A DNA stretch of 64,000 nucleotides, taken from positions 231,136,001 through 231,200,000 of the forward strand of contig OZ024741.1 of the NCBI GenBank assembly GCA_964016885.1. Direction: 5' to 3'. The notes beneath the pieces were generated by a model. It did not search any database, was not told the origin of the DNA, and saw only the letters and a program-made list of their open reading frames with translations. The position numbers and the translations under genes are program-made. Below are positions 14,269 through 27,903 of the stretch, one piece after another (the first letter of the stretch is position 1; every line of letters starts with the position of its first letter). Source of the stretch: Eledone cirrhosa. Lineage: Eukaryota.

Positions 14269-14694
14269 ATAGTGAAAGAGTGAATAATAACATGGTCGGC
14301 TGTACAAAATGTGTTTTATTTACTGTATTCACAATTGTTTCATTAATCAGGTGAGTCTAAAGGCCGCTAATCACGCGATGATTTGATCAGAGACACACTG
14401 TATTTAAGGTCGAGTGACGCAATTTCTAGTGATTAGCTGCCTTTAGACACGCCTGATCAATGAAACAATTGTTAATACAGTAAATAAAACCCGTTTTGTA
14501 CAGCCGACCGTGTCATTCTTCACTCTTTCACTATTATTACTCCAAGAATAACCTGCATGAGAATTCTCGCGAACTCGCTACCTAAATATGGAAACCTCTT
14601 GTTCAGTCAAACTACGCCGTACGTTAAAACTGTCCATAGTACAGGGTACTCACAACGTCTAACTGGATTACCTAAAACGATAACTTGTTATCCC
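14269..14694. mobile_element. Second fold-back element with tail; diverged relative at ~10150-10415
   Basis: Inverted arms 14269-14374 and 14429-14534. Tail tattactccaagaa..agtcaaac.acgccg.acgttaaaact is shared with 10253-10414. Confidence 0.65.
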
Positions 14695-15232
14695 ATATAT
14701 ATTTATTTATATATCAGAGTTATGTAGCATGCTTGAAGCATTGTTTAATAGGAGGCACACATTTAAATTGTGAAGACCAAAACAATGCGTTATGAATATT
14801 GTCAAATTCTCAAGGTAACAGGAGTATCATACGTTAGGAAAGATAACGATGCCAAATATTTGCGAGTTTGAAAACCGATTTTCGAGGGAGTAGACTTATG
14901 AGAAACATCAAAACCGATCGCAGAGTGTTGTTTGTTTTAATCTGCTTCCATACAATTAATTTTCATGTTACTTGATTGTCAGTGTGTAATTTTATCACAG
15001 AAACAAACAACTGATGGGAGTAATTCTGCTAATGCTCTACAAGTGCGCAGTTCTCATCCAATGGGGAACTGAAATCACAGAGATCGGTATTCGTCGGAGT
15101 ATCGCTTTTCCATAATTTAGTTTATTGTGTAAATGTTTAAGTGCATTGCAAATGCATTAGACAAAGATTATGAATTTCGGACAAGCATTTCATATTCCAT
15201 ATTTGACATATCATATACATTATTATTTAATT

Positions 15233-15298
15233 CTGTTTGACGACGATGTCTTCGACTTCTGTAAACGTTCGCTTTTGCGTCTGAAATATATATAACAG
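15233..15298 (+). ncRNA. Near-intact hammerhead motif (C3 to U)
   Basis: ctgt TTGACGA cgatg...cgtct GAA ATATATAT A acag. Confidence 0.5.
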
Positions 15299-15494
15299 GT
15301 GTTAATTAACAAGTTAATGAATAGAGATTTATAGTCTCCTTATAGTATTCAATGAAAAAAGTATTGCTCATATTCTCTGATGATACACATGTGCCACTGA
15401 ACTATCTGTACATCGGACAATGTTCCATGTGAAACGATTTTAAATCAATGAACTAATAAAGTGATGCAAACTGTCTCTTTATTTACAGCTGCAA

Positions 15495-15526
<32 letters not shown>

Positions 15527-15574
15527 GATAGATATAGATATAGATATATGTATATATATGTATATATGTATATG

Positions 15575-15623
<49 letters not shown>

Positions 15624-15684
15624 CCCCATTACCAGGCTAAAATTCCTTTAGTCAAAAATACGGTGAAATATATTCTATTTTCTA

Positions 15685-15776
<92 letters not shown>

Positions 15777-15868
15777 CTGTATATATATATATATGTGTAT
15801 ATATTAATATGTGTTATATATGTATATATATATCTATATCTATATATATTTATATATATTTGTATATA

Positions 15869-15983
<115 letters not shown>

Positions 15984-15989
15984 TATATT

Positions 15990-17525
15990 ATATTTAGAGT
16001 TTAAACTCAAAGTCATTTACAATTAATTAGCTCAAAGAAAGAAGCATTTCCGAGCGAAAGAAGCATTTCCGTTGCGAAACACATTTAAGTTTCGAAGTTC
16101 AAATTCATCTACGGAGCAGGTTTGAATTTTGAAATTTAAATTTGTCCAGGAATCACGGCTTTTGCCAATATAAGCTTGTCTTTATTGACTTATATCGAGA
16201 CAGACAAGCTATATTCATTTTAATTTGTTTATTTCATTCTAGCTAACTTCGTCTTTTGCAATACAAACACGTATGTGTTTATCATATATTTCTCCACCAT
16301 TGACACATATTGTGTTGAATTGGTTCTGATTGAGAATTATGTTATGGCTACACATCATTATTGGCAGTATCGGTAGAGGTTCGGACGCCATGCTTTCCAG
16401 CATAGTTACGTCCCTTTATGATCTGAGTTCAAATCCCGCCGAGGGTCACTTTGCCTTTCATCCTTACAGGGTCGATAAAATAAAGTACCAGTAATGCACT
16501 GGATAATTGCTGGCCTTGTGCCTAAAGTAGAAACAATTAATATATATTAACTTGTATTTCACGGCTCGGAAATGCTTCTTTCTTTGAGCTAATTAATTGT
16601 AAATGACTTTTAGTTTAAACTGTACATATAATATAATATTAACGCTCCTTAATTGTCGAGCTAATTTTTAATCCCATATAAACGGCTGTTATTTCTAGCA
16701 CTGTGAGTATGGGATGGTTAGTATAGCTGTTTGTACCTCGAGCGTTTGTACTTGTGAAACAGTCCTGCAAAATTTTTGGAGGTGAAATGTACTAATTTTA
16801 CTGGATTCCTGTTGATAAGCACACAAAATTTGATATTTCACTTTTTATATTTCACTTTTTATACCATCGTTGCGAAACACCTTTAGGTTTCGAAGTTCAA
16901 ATTCATCTACGGAGCAGGTTTGAATTTTGAAATTGAAATTTGTCCAGGAATCACGGCTTTTGCCAATAGAAGCTTGTCTTTATTGACGTATATCGAGACA
17001 GACAAACTATATTCATTTTAATTAGTTTATTTCATTCTAGCTAACTTCGTCTTTTGCAATACAAACACGTATGTGTTTATCATATATTAATATATATTAA
17101 CTTGTATTTCACGGCTCGGAAATGCTTCTTTCTTTGAGCTGATTAATTGTAAATGAATTTGAGTTTAAACTCTAAATATAATATAATATTAAGGCTCCTT
17201 AATTGTAGAGCTGATTTTTAATCCCATGTAAACGGCTGTTATTTCTAGCACTGTGAGTATGGTATGGCTAGTATAGCTGATTGTACCTCGTGCGTTTGTA
17301 GTGGTGAATCAATCCTGCAAAATTCTTCTACGGAGCAGGTTTGAATTTTGAAATTTAAATTTGTCCAGGAATCACGGCTTTTGCAAATATAAGCTTGTCT
17401 TTATTGACTTATATCGAGACAGACAAACTATATTTATTTTAATTAGTTTATTTCATTCTAACTAACTTCGTCTTTTGCAATACAAACACGTATGTGTTTA
17501 TCATATATTAATATATATTAACTTG
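15990..17525. repeat. Rearranged tandem/inverted repeat element with a SINE (16360-16540) and a degenerate HHR (~16808-16887)
   Basis: Block ctacggagcaggtttgaattttg... occurs at ~16109, 16907 and 17327. An inverted terminal piece lies at 15990-16052. HHR relic: cctg TTGATAA gca...tgc GAAACACCTT tagg. Confidence 0.7.
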
Positions 17526-17545
17526 TATATATATATTTATATATT

Positions 17546-17584
<39 letters not shown>

Positions 17585-17587
17585 ATT

Positions 17588-17618
<31 letters not shown>

Positions 17619-17717
17619 TTATATATATATTTATGTATTTATATATATATTTATATATTTATATATATATATATATATTTATATATTTATATATATATAT
17701 ATATATATTTATTTATA

Positions 17718-17760
<43 letters not shown>

Positions 17761-17825
17761 TTATATATATATTTATATATATATTTATATATATATTTAT
17801 ATATATATTTATATATATATATATT

Positions 17826-17934
<109 letters not shown>

Positions 17935-17940
17935 ACATAG

Positions 17941-17972
<32 letters not shown>

Positions 17973-18023
17973 ACATAGATATATATATATTTATATATAT
18001 ATATACATAGATATATATATATT

Positions 18024-18079
<56 letters not shown>

Positions 18080-18090
18080 TATATATATAT

Positions 18091-21000
18091 ATGAATATAG
18101 ACATAGAATATTCGAAAATATTCTGTATGTTTATAATAAACATTTTGAAGACCTAATCGCTATAGAATAGAATACGTCACGTATTACAATTAGATTCTCG
18201 ATAAAAGCAAGGGAAGTAATCTACGCGTTTCATTCTCGTTAGAAATCATCAGGACTACATATCCAGTGCTTTTATCGAGAATGACACAGCTAGAGACTTA
18301 TAGAATACTTAGCTGTGTACAGGAACTGGTTTGAAAGAGCGGTTGCCGGTCCGGCAGAAATTAGAAATTGGAATAAATGCTCTGAAATAGCGATATATAT
18401 GTGAATATAGACATAGAATATTCGAAAATATTCTGTATGTTTATAATAAACATTTTGAAGACCTAATCGCTATAGAATAGAATACGTCACGTATTACAAT
18501 TAGATTCTCGATAAAAGCAAGGGAAGTAATCTACGCGTTTCATTCTCGTTAGAAATCATCAGGACTACATATCCAGTGCTTTTATCGAGAATGACACAGC
18601 TAGAGACTTATAGAATACTTAGCTGTGTACAGGAACTGGTTTGAAAGAGCGGTTGCCGGTCCGGCAGAAATTAGAAATTGGAATAAATGCTCTGAAATAG
18701 CGATATATATGTGAATATAGACATAGAATATTCGAAAATATTCTGTATGTTTATAATAAACATTTTGAAGACCTAATCGCTATAGAATAGAATACGTCAC
18801 GTATTACAATTAGATTCTCGATAAAAGCAAGGGAAGTAATCTACGCGTTTCATTCTCGTTAGAAATCATCAGGACTACATATCCAGTGCTTTTATCGAGA
18901 ATGACACAGCTAGAGACTTATAGAATACTTAGCTGTGTACAGGAACTGGTTTGAAAGAGCGGTTGCCGGTCCGGCAGAAATTAGAAATTGGAATAAATGC
19001 TCTGAAATAGCGATATATATGTGAATATAGACATAGAATATTCGAAAATATTCTGTATGTTTATAATAAACATTTTGAAGACCTAATCGCTATAGAATAG
19101 AATACGTCACGTATTACAATTAGATTCTCGATAAAAGCAAGGGAAGTAATCTACGCGTTTCATTCTCGTTAGAAATCATCAGGACTACATATCCAGTGCT
19201 TTTATCGAGAATGACACAGCTAGAGACTTATAGAATACTTAGCTGTGTACAGGAACTGGTTTGAAAGAGCGGTTGCCGGTCCGGCAGAAATTAGAAATTG
19301 GAATAAATGCTCTGAAATAGCGATATATATGTGAATATAGACATAGAATATTCGAAAATATTCTGTATGTTTATAATAAACATTTTGAAGACCTAATCGC
19401 TATAGAATAGAATACGTCACGTATTACAATTAGATTCTCGATAAAAGCAAGGGAAGTAATCTACGCGTTTCATTCTCGTTAGAAATCATCAGGACTACAT
19501 ATCCAGTGCTTTTATCGAGAATGACACAGCTAGAGACTTATAGAATACTTAGCTGTGTACAGGAACTGGTTTGAAAGAGCGGTTGCCGGTCCGGCAGAAA
19601 TTAGAAATTGGAATAAATGCTCTGAAATAGCGATATATATGTGAATATAGACATAGAATATTCGAAAATATTCTGTATGTTTATAATAAACATTTTGAAG
19701 ACCTAATCGCTATAGAATAGAATACGTCACGTATTACAATTAGATTCTCGATAAAAGCAAGGGAAGTAATCTACGCGTTTCATTCTCGTTAGAAATCATC
19801 AGGACTACATATCCAGTGCTTTTATCGAGAATGACACAGCTAGAGACTTATAGAATACTTAGCTGTGTACAGGAACTGGTTTGAAAGAGCGGTTGCCGGT
19901 CCGGCAGAAATTAGAAATTGGAATAAATGCTCTGAAATAGCGATATATATGTGAATATAGACATAGAATATTCGAAAATATTCTGTATGTTTATAATAAA
20001 CATTTTGAAGACCTAATCGCTATAGAATAGAATACGTCACGTATTACAATTAGATTCTCGATAAAAGCAAGGGAAGTAATCTACGCGTTTCATTCTCGTT
20101 AGAAATCATCAGGACTACATATCCAGTGCTTTTATCGAGAATGACACAGCTAGAGACTTATAGAATACTTAGCTGTGTACAGGAACTGGTTTGAAAGAGC
20201 GGTTGCCGGTCCGGCAGAAATTAGAAATTGGAATAAATGCTCTGAAATAGCGATATATATGTGAATATAGACATAGAATATTCGAAAATATTCTGTATGT
20301 TTATAATAAACATTTTGAAGACCTAATCGCTATAGAATAGAATACGTCACGTATTACAATTAGATTCTCGATAAAAGCAAGGGAAGTAATCTACGCGTTT
20401 CATTCTCGTTAGAAATCATCAGGACTACATATCCAGTGCTTTTATCGAGAATGACACAGCTAGAGACTTATAGAATACTTAGCTGTGTACAGGAACTGGT
20501 TTGAAAGAGCGGTTGCCGGTCCGGCAGAAATTAGAAATTGGAATAAATGCTCTGAAATAGCGATATATATGTGAATATAGACATAGAATATTCGAAAATA
20601 TTCTGTATGTTTATAATAAACATTTTGAAGACCTAATCGCTATAGAATAGAATACGTCACGTATTACAATTAGATTCTCGATAAAAGCAAGGGAAGTAAT
20701 CTACGCGTTTCATTCTCGTTAGAAATCATCAGGACTACATATCCAGTGCTTTTATCGAGAATGACACAGCTAGAGACTTATAGAATACTTAGCTGTGTAC
20801 AGGAACTGGTTTGAAAGAGCGGTTGCCGGTCCGGCAGAAATTAGAAATTGGAATAAATGCTCTGAAATAGCGATATATATGTGAATATAGACATAGAATA
20901 TTCGAAAATATTCTGTATGTTTATAATAAACATTTTGAAGACCTAATCGCTATAGAATAGAATACGTCACGTATTACAATTAGATTCTCGATAAAAGCAA

Positions 21001-22720
21001 GGGAAGTAATCTACGCGTTTCATTCTCGTTAGAAATCATCAGGACTACATATCCAGTGCTTTTATCGAGAATGACACAGCTAGAGACTTATAGAATACTT
21101 AGCTGTGTACAGGAACTGGTTTGAAAGAGCGGTTGCCGGTCCGGCAGAAATTAGAAATTGGAATAAATGCTCTGAAATAGCGATATATATGTGAATATAG
21201 ACATAGAATATTCGAAAATATTCTGTATGTTTATAATAAACATTTTGAAGACCTAATCGCTATAGAATAGAATACGTCACGTATTACAATTAGATTCTCG
21301 ATAAAAGCAAGGGAAGTAATCTACGCGTTTCATTCTCGTTAGAAATCATCAGGACTACATATCCAGTGCTTTTATCGAGAATGACACAGCTAGAGACTTA
21401 TAGAATACTTAGCTGTGTACAGGAACTGGTTTGAAAGAGCGGTTGCCGGTCCGGCAGAAATTAGAAATTGGAATAAATGCTCTGAAATAGCGATATATAT
21501 GTGAATATAGACATAGAATATTCGAAAATATTCTGTATGTTTATAATAAACATTTTGAAGACCTAATCGCTATAGAATAGAATACGTCACGTATTACAAT
21601 TAGATTCTCGATAAAAGCAAGGGAAGTAATCTACGCGTTTCATTCTCGTTAGAAATCATCAGGACTACATATCCAGTGCTTTTATCGAGAATGACACAGC
21701 TAGAGACTTATAGAATACTTAGCTGTGTACAGGAACTGGTTTGAAAGAGCGGTTGCCGGTCCGGCAGAAATTAGAAATTGGAATAAATGCTCTGAAATAG
21801 CGATATATATGTGAATATAGACATAGAATATTCGAAAATATTCTGTATGTTTATAATAAACATTTTGAAGACCTAATCGCTATAGAATAGAATACGTCAC
21901 GTATTACAATTAGATTCTCGATAAAAGCAAGGGAAGTAATCTACGCGTTTCATTCTCGTTAGAAATCATCAGGACTACATATCCAGTGCTTTTATCGAGA
22001 ATGACACAGCTAGAGACTTATAGAATACTTAGCTGTGTACAGGAACTGGTTTGAAAGAGCGGTTGCCGGTCCGGCAGAAATTAGAAATTGGAATAAATGC
22101 TCTGAAATAGCGATATATATGTGAATATAGACATAGAATATTCGAAAATATTCTGTATGTTTATAATAAACATTTTGAAGACCTAATCGCTATAGAATAG
22201 AATACGTCACGTATTACAATTAGATTCTCGATAAAAGCAAGGGAAGTAATCTACGCGTTTCATTCTCGTTAGAAATCATCAGGACTACATATCCAGTGCT
22301 TTTATCGAGAATGACACAGCTAGAGACTTATAGAATACTTAGCTGTGTACAGGAACTGGTTTGAAAGAGCGGTTGCCGGTCCGGCAGAAATTAGAAATTG
22401 GAATAAATGCTCTGAAATAGCGATATATATGTGAATATAGACATAGAATATTCGAAAATATTCTGTATGTTTATAATAAACATTTTGAAGACCTAATCGC
22501 TATAGAATAGAATACGTCACGTATTACAATTAGATTCTCGATAAAAGCAAGGGAAGTAATCTACGCGTTTCATTCTCGTTAGAAATCATCAGGACTACAT
22601 ATCCAGTGCTTTTATCGAGAGTGACACAGCTAGAGACTTATAGAATACTTAGCTGTGTACAGGAACTGGTTTGAAAGAGCGGTTGCCGGTCCGGCAGAAA
22701 TTAGAAATTGGAATAAATGC
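18091..22720 (-). mobile_element. Tandem array of 15 x 310-bp HHR-containing units (candidate non-LTR retrozyme)
   Basis: Unit starts every 310 bp from 18091 to 22431; last unit is 290 bp. One internal substitution noticed (22621). No ORF. Flanked by (TA)n. Confidence 0.92.
18216..18258 (-). ncRNA. Type I hammerhead ribozyme, first of 15 (repeats every 310 bp)
   Basis: gtagtc CTGATGA t ttct aacg agaa t GAA ACGCGT A gattac: 6-bp stem I, palindromic stem III, GUA site. Enclosed by a perfect 16-bp helix, 18194-18209 with 18267-18282. Confidence 0.88.
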
Positions 22721-22752
22721 ATATATATATATATATAAATTGGAATAAATGC

Positions 22753-22844
<92 letters not shown>

Positions 22845-22846
<2 letters not shown>

Positions 22847-23382
22847 CATAAAACATATCTATAGAATCACCAGATAAATATATATACCATTTGCTCTCCT
22901 AATTAGCATAATTAACCATATAAAAAATCGAATAGACCAGGCTATAAGAATAAGGCTTCTATGAAGAAATATCCAACAAATAACCGAAACTAGCCGTTCG
23001 CGTCGGCTGCGACGGAATGTTTATCGAATATTTCGACAGCTTAATCGCCCAGATATACAGAATTAGGTGTAAAATAAACTAGGAGAAAAGGGAATACATT
23101 TATTTACCTCGACCATGGTTTCGACCGCATTTTGAGATTTCCAATAACTTCGGAAACTGGAGCACCGGACTCTTTAAGTGTTTGCTCAAATCTAGACAAT
23201 AGATTTTCCAAAATGATCGCGCCAAGAATGCATTAAAAAATGTCTAAGAATCGTGACGTAGCAGCGGTCAGGTTGGAAGGAGTGTGGTCAGTTGCTTACA
23301 GCTGGTGGCTTTTTGCTAGAAAGCACAGCACAATACAGCCAAATTTTTATTTCAACCTTACAGGAGAATATTACATATAAAG

Positions 23383-23481
<99 letters not shown>

Positions 23482-24092
23482 CATATACGTGTTTTGCAAC
23501 GGGTCACTTTGTGGCTCAATGAAAAGTTAATAAATTAAATAATCAGAGCTATATATCCTAAAACATGTCTATAGAATAACCAGATAAAATATATACTATT
23601 TCCTCTCCCAATTAGCATAATTAACCATATAAAATATCGAATTGACCAGGCTATAAGAATAAGGCTTCTTCCAACAAATAACCGAAACTAGCCCTTCGCG
23701 TCGGCTGCGACGGAATGTTTATCGAATATTTCGACAGCATAATCGTCCAGATATACAGTCAATTAAACAGAATTAGGTGTAAAATAAACTAGGAGAAAAG
23801 ATAATACATTTATTTACCTCGACCACGGTTTCGTTCGCATTTTCAGATTTCCAATAACTTGGGAAACTCGAGTACCGGACTCTTCAGGAGTTTGCTCAAA
23901 TCTAGACAATAAATTTTCCAAAGTGATCGCGCCAAGAATACATTAAAAAATGGCTAAGAATCGTGACGTAGCAGGGGTCAGGTTGGAAGGAGTGTGGTCA
24001 GTTGCTTACGGCTGGTGGCTTTTTGCTAGAAAACACAGCACAATACAGCTAAATTTGTATCTCAACCTTATGGGAGATTATTACATATAAAG

Positions 24093-24140
<48 letters not shown>

Positions 24141-24465
24141 ATTATGTAATAAACAACATAAGGCAATTATTCCATTTACCAGTGGTTTCTTAAAAGCAAA
24201 AGGTTTTGCTTTCAATCCTCAGAATGAAAAATCCTGGTTTGTTTATTGAATATGGATTCTAAAAACCTAGGTTTTTAGAATCCATATTCAATAAACAAGC
24301 CAGGATTTTTCATTCTGAGGATTGAAAGCAAAACCTTTTGCTTTTAAGAAACCACTGGTAAATGGAATAATTGCCTTATGTTGTTTATTACATAATAATA
24401 ATAATTAAGCTCTGTGGCATACATAGAGCACTCTTTTTTCCTGGACTTTTCCGATGGAATTACTT

Positions 24466-24501
<36 letters not shown>

Positions 24502-24730
24502 CATACACATACGTGTTTTGCAACGGGTCACTTTGTGGCTCAATGAAAAGTTAATAAATTAAATAATCAGAGCTATATATCTTATATATCTAATTGGGAG
24601 GGAAATGGTATATATTTTATCTGGTGATTCTATAGACATGTTTTATGATATAGAGCTCTGATTATGTAATTTATTAACTTTTCATTGAGCCACAGAGTGA
24701 CCCGTTGCAAAACACGTATATTTATGTATG

Positions 24731-24761
<31 letters not shown>

Positions 24762-24770
24762 CTTTATAGA
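22845..24770 (-). mobile_element. ORF-less tandem (~620-bp unit) plus inverted-end element with HHR; duplicate at 35960-37445
   Basis: Units 22845-23390 and 23480-24098, then a partial and an inverted end at 24500-24770. HHR at 23818-23890 and 36881-36953: ctc CTGAAGA gtccg...cggac GAA ACCGTGGT C gag (36881 copy shown; one stem II mismatch at 23818). First units have a mutated core. Confidence 0.75.
24135..24469. mobile_element. Near-perfect 268-bp palindrome plus tail, with an intact HHR on each strand
   Basis: Centre cct|agg at 24268/24269; one mismatch noticed. HHR on + at 24309-24366: ttcatt CTGAGGA ttgaaagcaaaa cc ttttgcttttaa GAA ACCACTGGT A aatgga. Mirror on - at 24171-24228. Confidence 0.88.
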
Positions 24771-24954
24771 TATATATATTTATATATATATTAATATATA
24801 TATTTATATATATATATATAAATATTTATATATATATTTATAAATATATTTACATATATATTTATATATATATATATGTATATATTTATATATATTTACA
24901 TATATATGTATATATATATATTTATTTATATATATATATATTTACATATATATG

Positions 24955-24986
<32 letters not shown>

Positions 24987-25016
24987 TGTATATATATATA
25001 TATTTATATATATATA

Positions 25017-25061
<45 letters not shown>

Positions 25062-25074
25062 ATTTATATATATT

Positions 25075-25209
<135 letters not shown>

Positions 25210-25236
25210 ATTTATATATATATATATTTATATATA

Positions 25237-25953
25237 GAAGGATTTAAATGGATACAGTTCAGTAAAAGTAATTTATTGACACATGATTCAAGAACGGTTA
25301 TATAACCTGAAAACAGCTGCTATCTACAAAGTATTAATTATGCAGACACTCAATATTTCAATGTTATCTTCAACTATCATTTCATCAGAATAATCTCATT
25401 GAGGACTTGTTTGGTTTTTATAGAGAATATTAAGAGGGAGGAGTCAAATTAGAAGAATAGTTAATGGAGTGTATAGGAATTTTTTGATAGAAGTGGTTAA
25501 TTAGATTCCCATCTGTTGTTTTGACATGTTTATAGAATACATTATTTGGCGTTGGTTATTTTTCTAAATCTATAGAAGGATTAGAGATAGGAATGATATG
25601 CATGGTTGGTTTTGTGTTTGCACTTAATTAACATACAGAGTTAAATTTTTCTTTCAAGTGTGTGTATCCGTTCGCCCACACATAGATGTATGTGTATATA
25701 TACTTATTTTAAAAAAAAACATACACATTCACACACATACATATATGCACACCTCTACAAATACATACACTCACATACACATACTAACATGCTCATACTT
25801 ACATACATATATACATGTACACATATATATATATACATATACATATATATATGTACCACATACGCATTCATCTATATACACTTTCATACTCTACTTATCT
25901 TCATATAAACACATATATAGACACACACATATATACATACATACTCCTGTCTA

Positions 25954-26005
<52 letters not shown>

Positions 26006-27180
26006 CATATATATATATATATACACATATACATGAATACACATACATTTAATTATACACATCAAATATATATATGTATATATATCTCACCCACTTATTT
26101 ACTTATTTATATACATTTTCACCTATATACATACATAAGGTCGCTTTTAGACACATTCATTATAGCATATTCGCACCTATTCTCGCCAGCATATTTATCC
26201 ATTATTAGTGTGATAATTTAAGGTTATTAATAGTACATATATATGTTGAGAAGTGATTGTTTTTATATTTTTCTAACTAGATTGAGGATTTGTATAGTTG
26301 GGAGGATGTCCCTCGTTTATGTAATATTCAGCTTGTAGTGGGAAAAAGGGTTTTGGTTCGGTGACGGCAGAATACTGTTCGTTCGATTTTGTTATTAAGC
26401 AGTTTCTTCTTGTGTGTGATTATGTAATAAATCTCAAGATTACATAGTTTGCAGAAATTTTGGCTCCTGGAAAAGCTTTGGGTTTTAGCTAATTTCTCCC
26501 ATTTTAGGGTAAACTTTTGATCGCTATCCCTGAGTGTCCAAGCTTTTTCTGCTAAAGTTGCTACATTTCTTTGGCTCTGGTGTTTTATTGAGTAAGAATG
26601 CCTATATAATCGAGATTTAAACGATGTTGCCGTTGATCCCACGTAATACCACGCGTTGCCTCCGGATTCAATGGTACACTTATAGATGATATTTTTTTCA
26701 AGGCAGTTATTGCCGAGGGGGCAATTGTCAGGATAGGTACAGTTACAGTTGTGTACGTTGGTTTTGTAGTTAGGTTTACTCTGGTGTAGTATTGCGGACG
26801 AACTTAGGTGTGGTTTATTTATGTTCTGTAGTGTATTGTCTACTGTTTTTTTGTGCTCTTTGTACTTAAGTTTTTAGTGTTTTCGTTTAACCTTCTAGTA
26901 TTGATCTTTTTTATGTGTTGTTCAAGGTTTAACGCTGTAGAGTATGACAGTCTTATAGTGGTAGGGTTTAGGATTTTGTGGTATTTGTGTGATGTAGGGA
27001 AATGTTTCCTAACTATTTAAAAGAAGAGGACCGGTAAATTTGTACTAATGGAACTATTGTATTCAGGGTTATACAATAAGTACTCTTTGCATCGCTTTCT
27101 ATTAGATTTGTTTGTTGGTTTACTGGTGTGTACACTATGGTAGTAAATGTGGTTTGGTGTTGTGTTATTATTTCGACCTA
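25237..27180 (-). mobile_element. PLE 3' fragment (linker, GIY-YIG, 3' UTR with HHR); internally deleted copy at 37990-38845
   Basis: Reads CNCTYPDNCPLGNNCLEKNIIYKCTI..YYVGSTATSFKSRLYRH..CKLCNLE..CRHR (26328-26760). HHR core is intact in copy 2 (38027-38147): ttatt CTGATGA ... GAA ACACGTGT C aataa. Confidence 0.88.
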
Positions 27181-27228
27181 TATTTATATATATATATAAA
27201 TATTTATATATATATATATATATATAAA

Positions 27229-27271
<43 letters not shown>

Positions 27272-27320
27272 TTATATATAGTTATATATTTATATATCTA
27301 TATATATTTATATATATATT

Positions 27321-27401
<81 letters not shown>

Positions 27402-27592
27402 ATAGATATGTCTCATTTGAAATAATACAGCCAATTTTCCACGCAATACTTTTAGTTAGTACCCCGAACACATAATTGGGAATATAATCACTTATTTCCT
27501 AATGTTTGTTGAGTGAGTTGGAATTTGGACGGAGTATCGCTAAAAAGCTTTCTCCGATATTGTATTTATATATATATATGTTTATATATATT

Positions 27593-27625
<33 letters not shown>

Positions 27626-27636
27626 ATATTTATATA

Positions 27637-27677
<41 letters not shown>

Positions 27678-27746
27678 TTATATATATATATATATATTTA
27701 TATATATTTATATATATATATTTATATATATATATTTATATATATT

Positions 27747-27803
<57 letters not shown>

Positions 27804-27843
27804 TTATATATATATTTATATATATATTTATATATATATATAC

Positions 27844-27900
<57 letters not shown>

Positions 27901-27903
<3 letters not shown>

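Noticed and set aside
15373-15445. CTGATGA...GAAAC match, and similar weak hits at ~3745, ~5655 and ~50640
   Set aside because: Stems I-III cannot be formed or the core is incomplete; compatible with chance.
15470-15500. Acceptor-like tttatttacag as a further EGF exon
   Set aside because: Followed almost immediately by (TA)n, with no Cys-patterned frame or donor.
18145-18190. Possible second, plus-strand HHR in the 310-bp unit (TTGAAGA...GAATACGTC)
   Set aside because: Core mismatches at C3 and A15.1 and no convincing stems I or II; an ambisense viroid-like layout is not supported.
18091-22720. CRISPR array or rDNA/snRNA tandem cluster
   Set aside because: No variable spacers or cas genes, eukaryotic context, and no recognisable 5S, tRNA or snRNA sequence.
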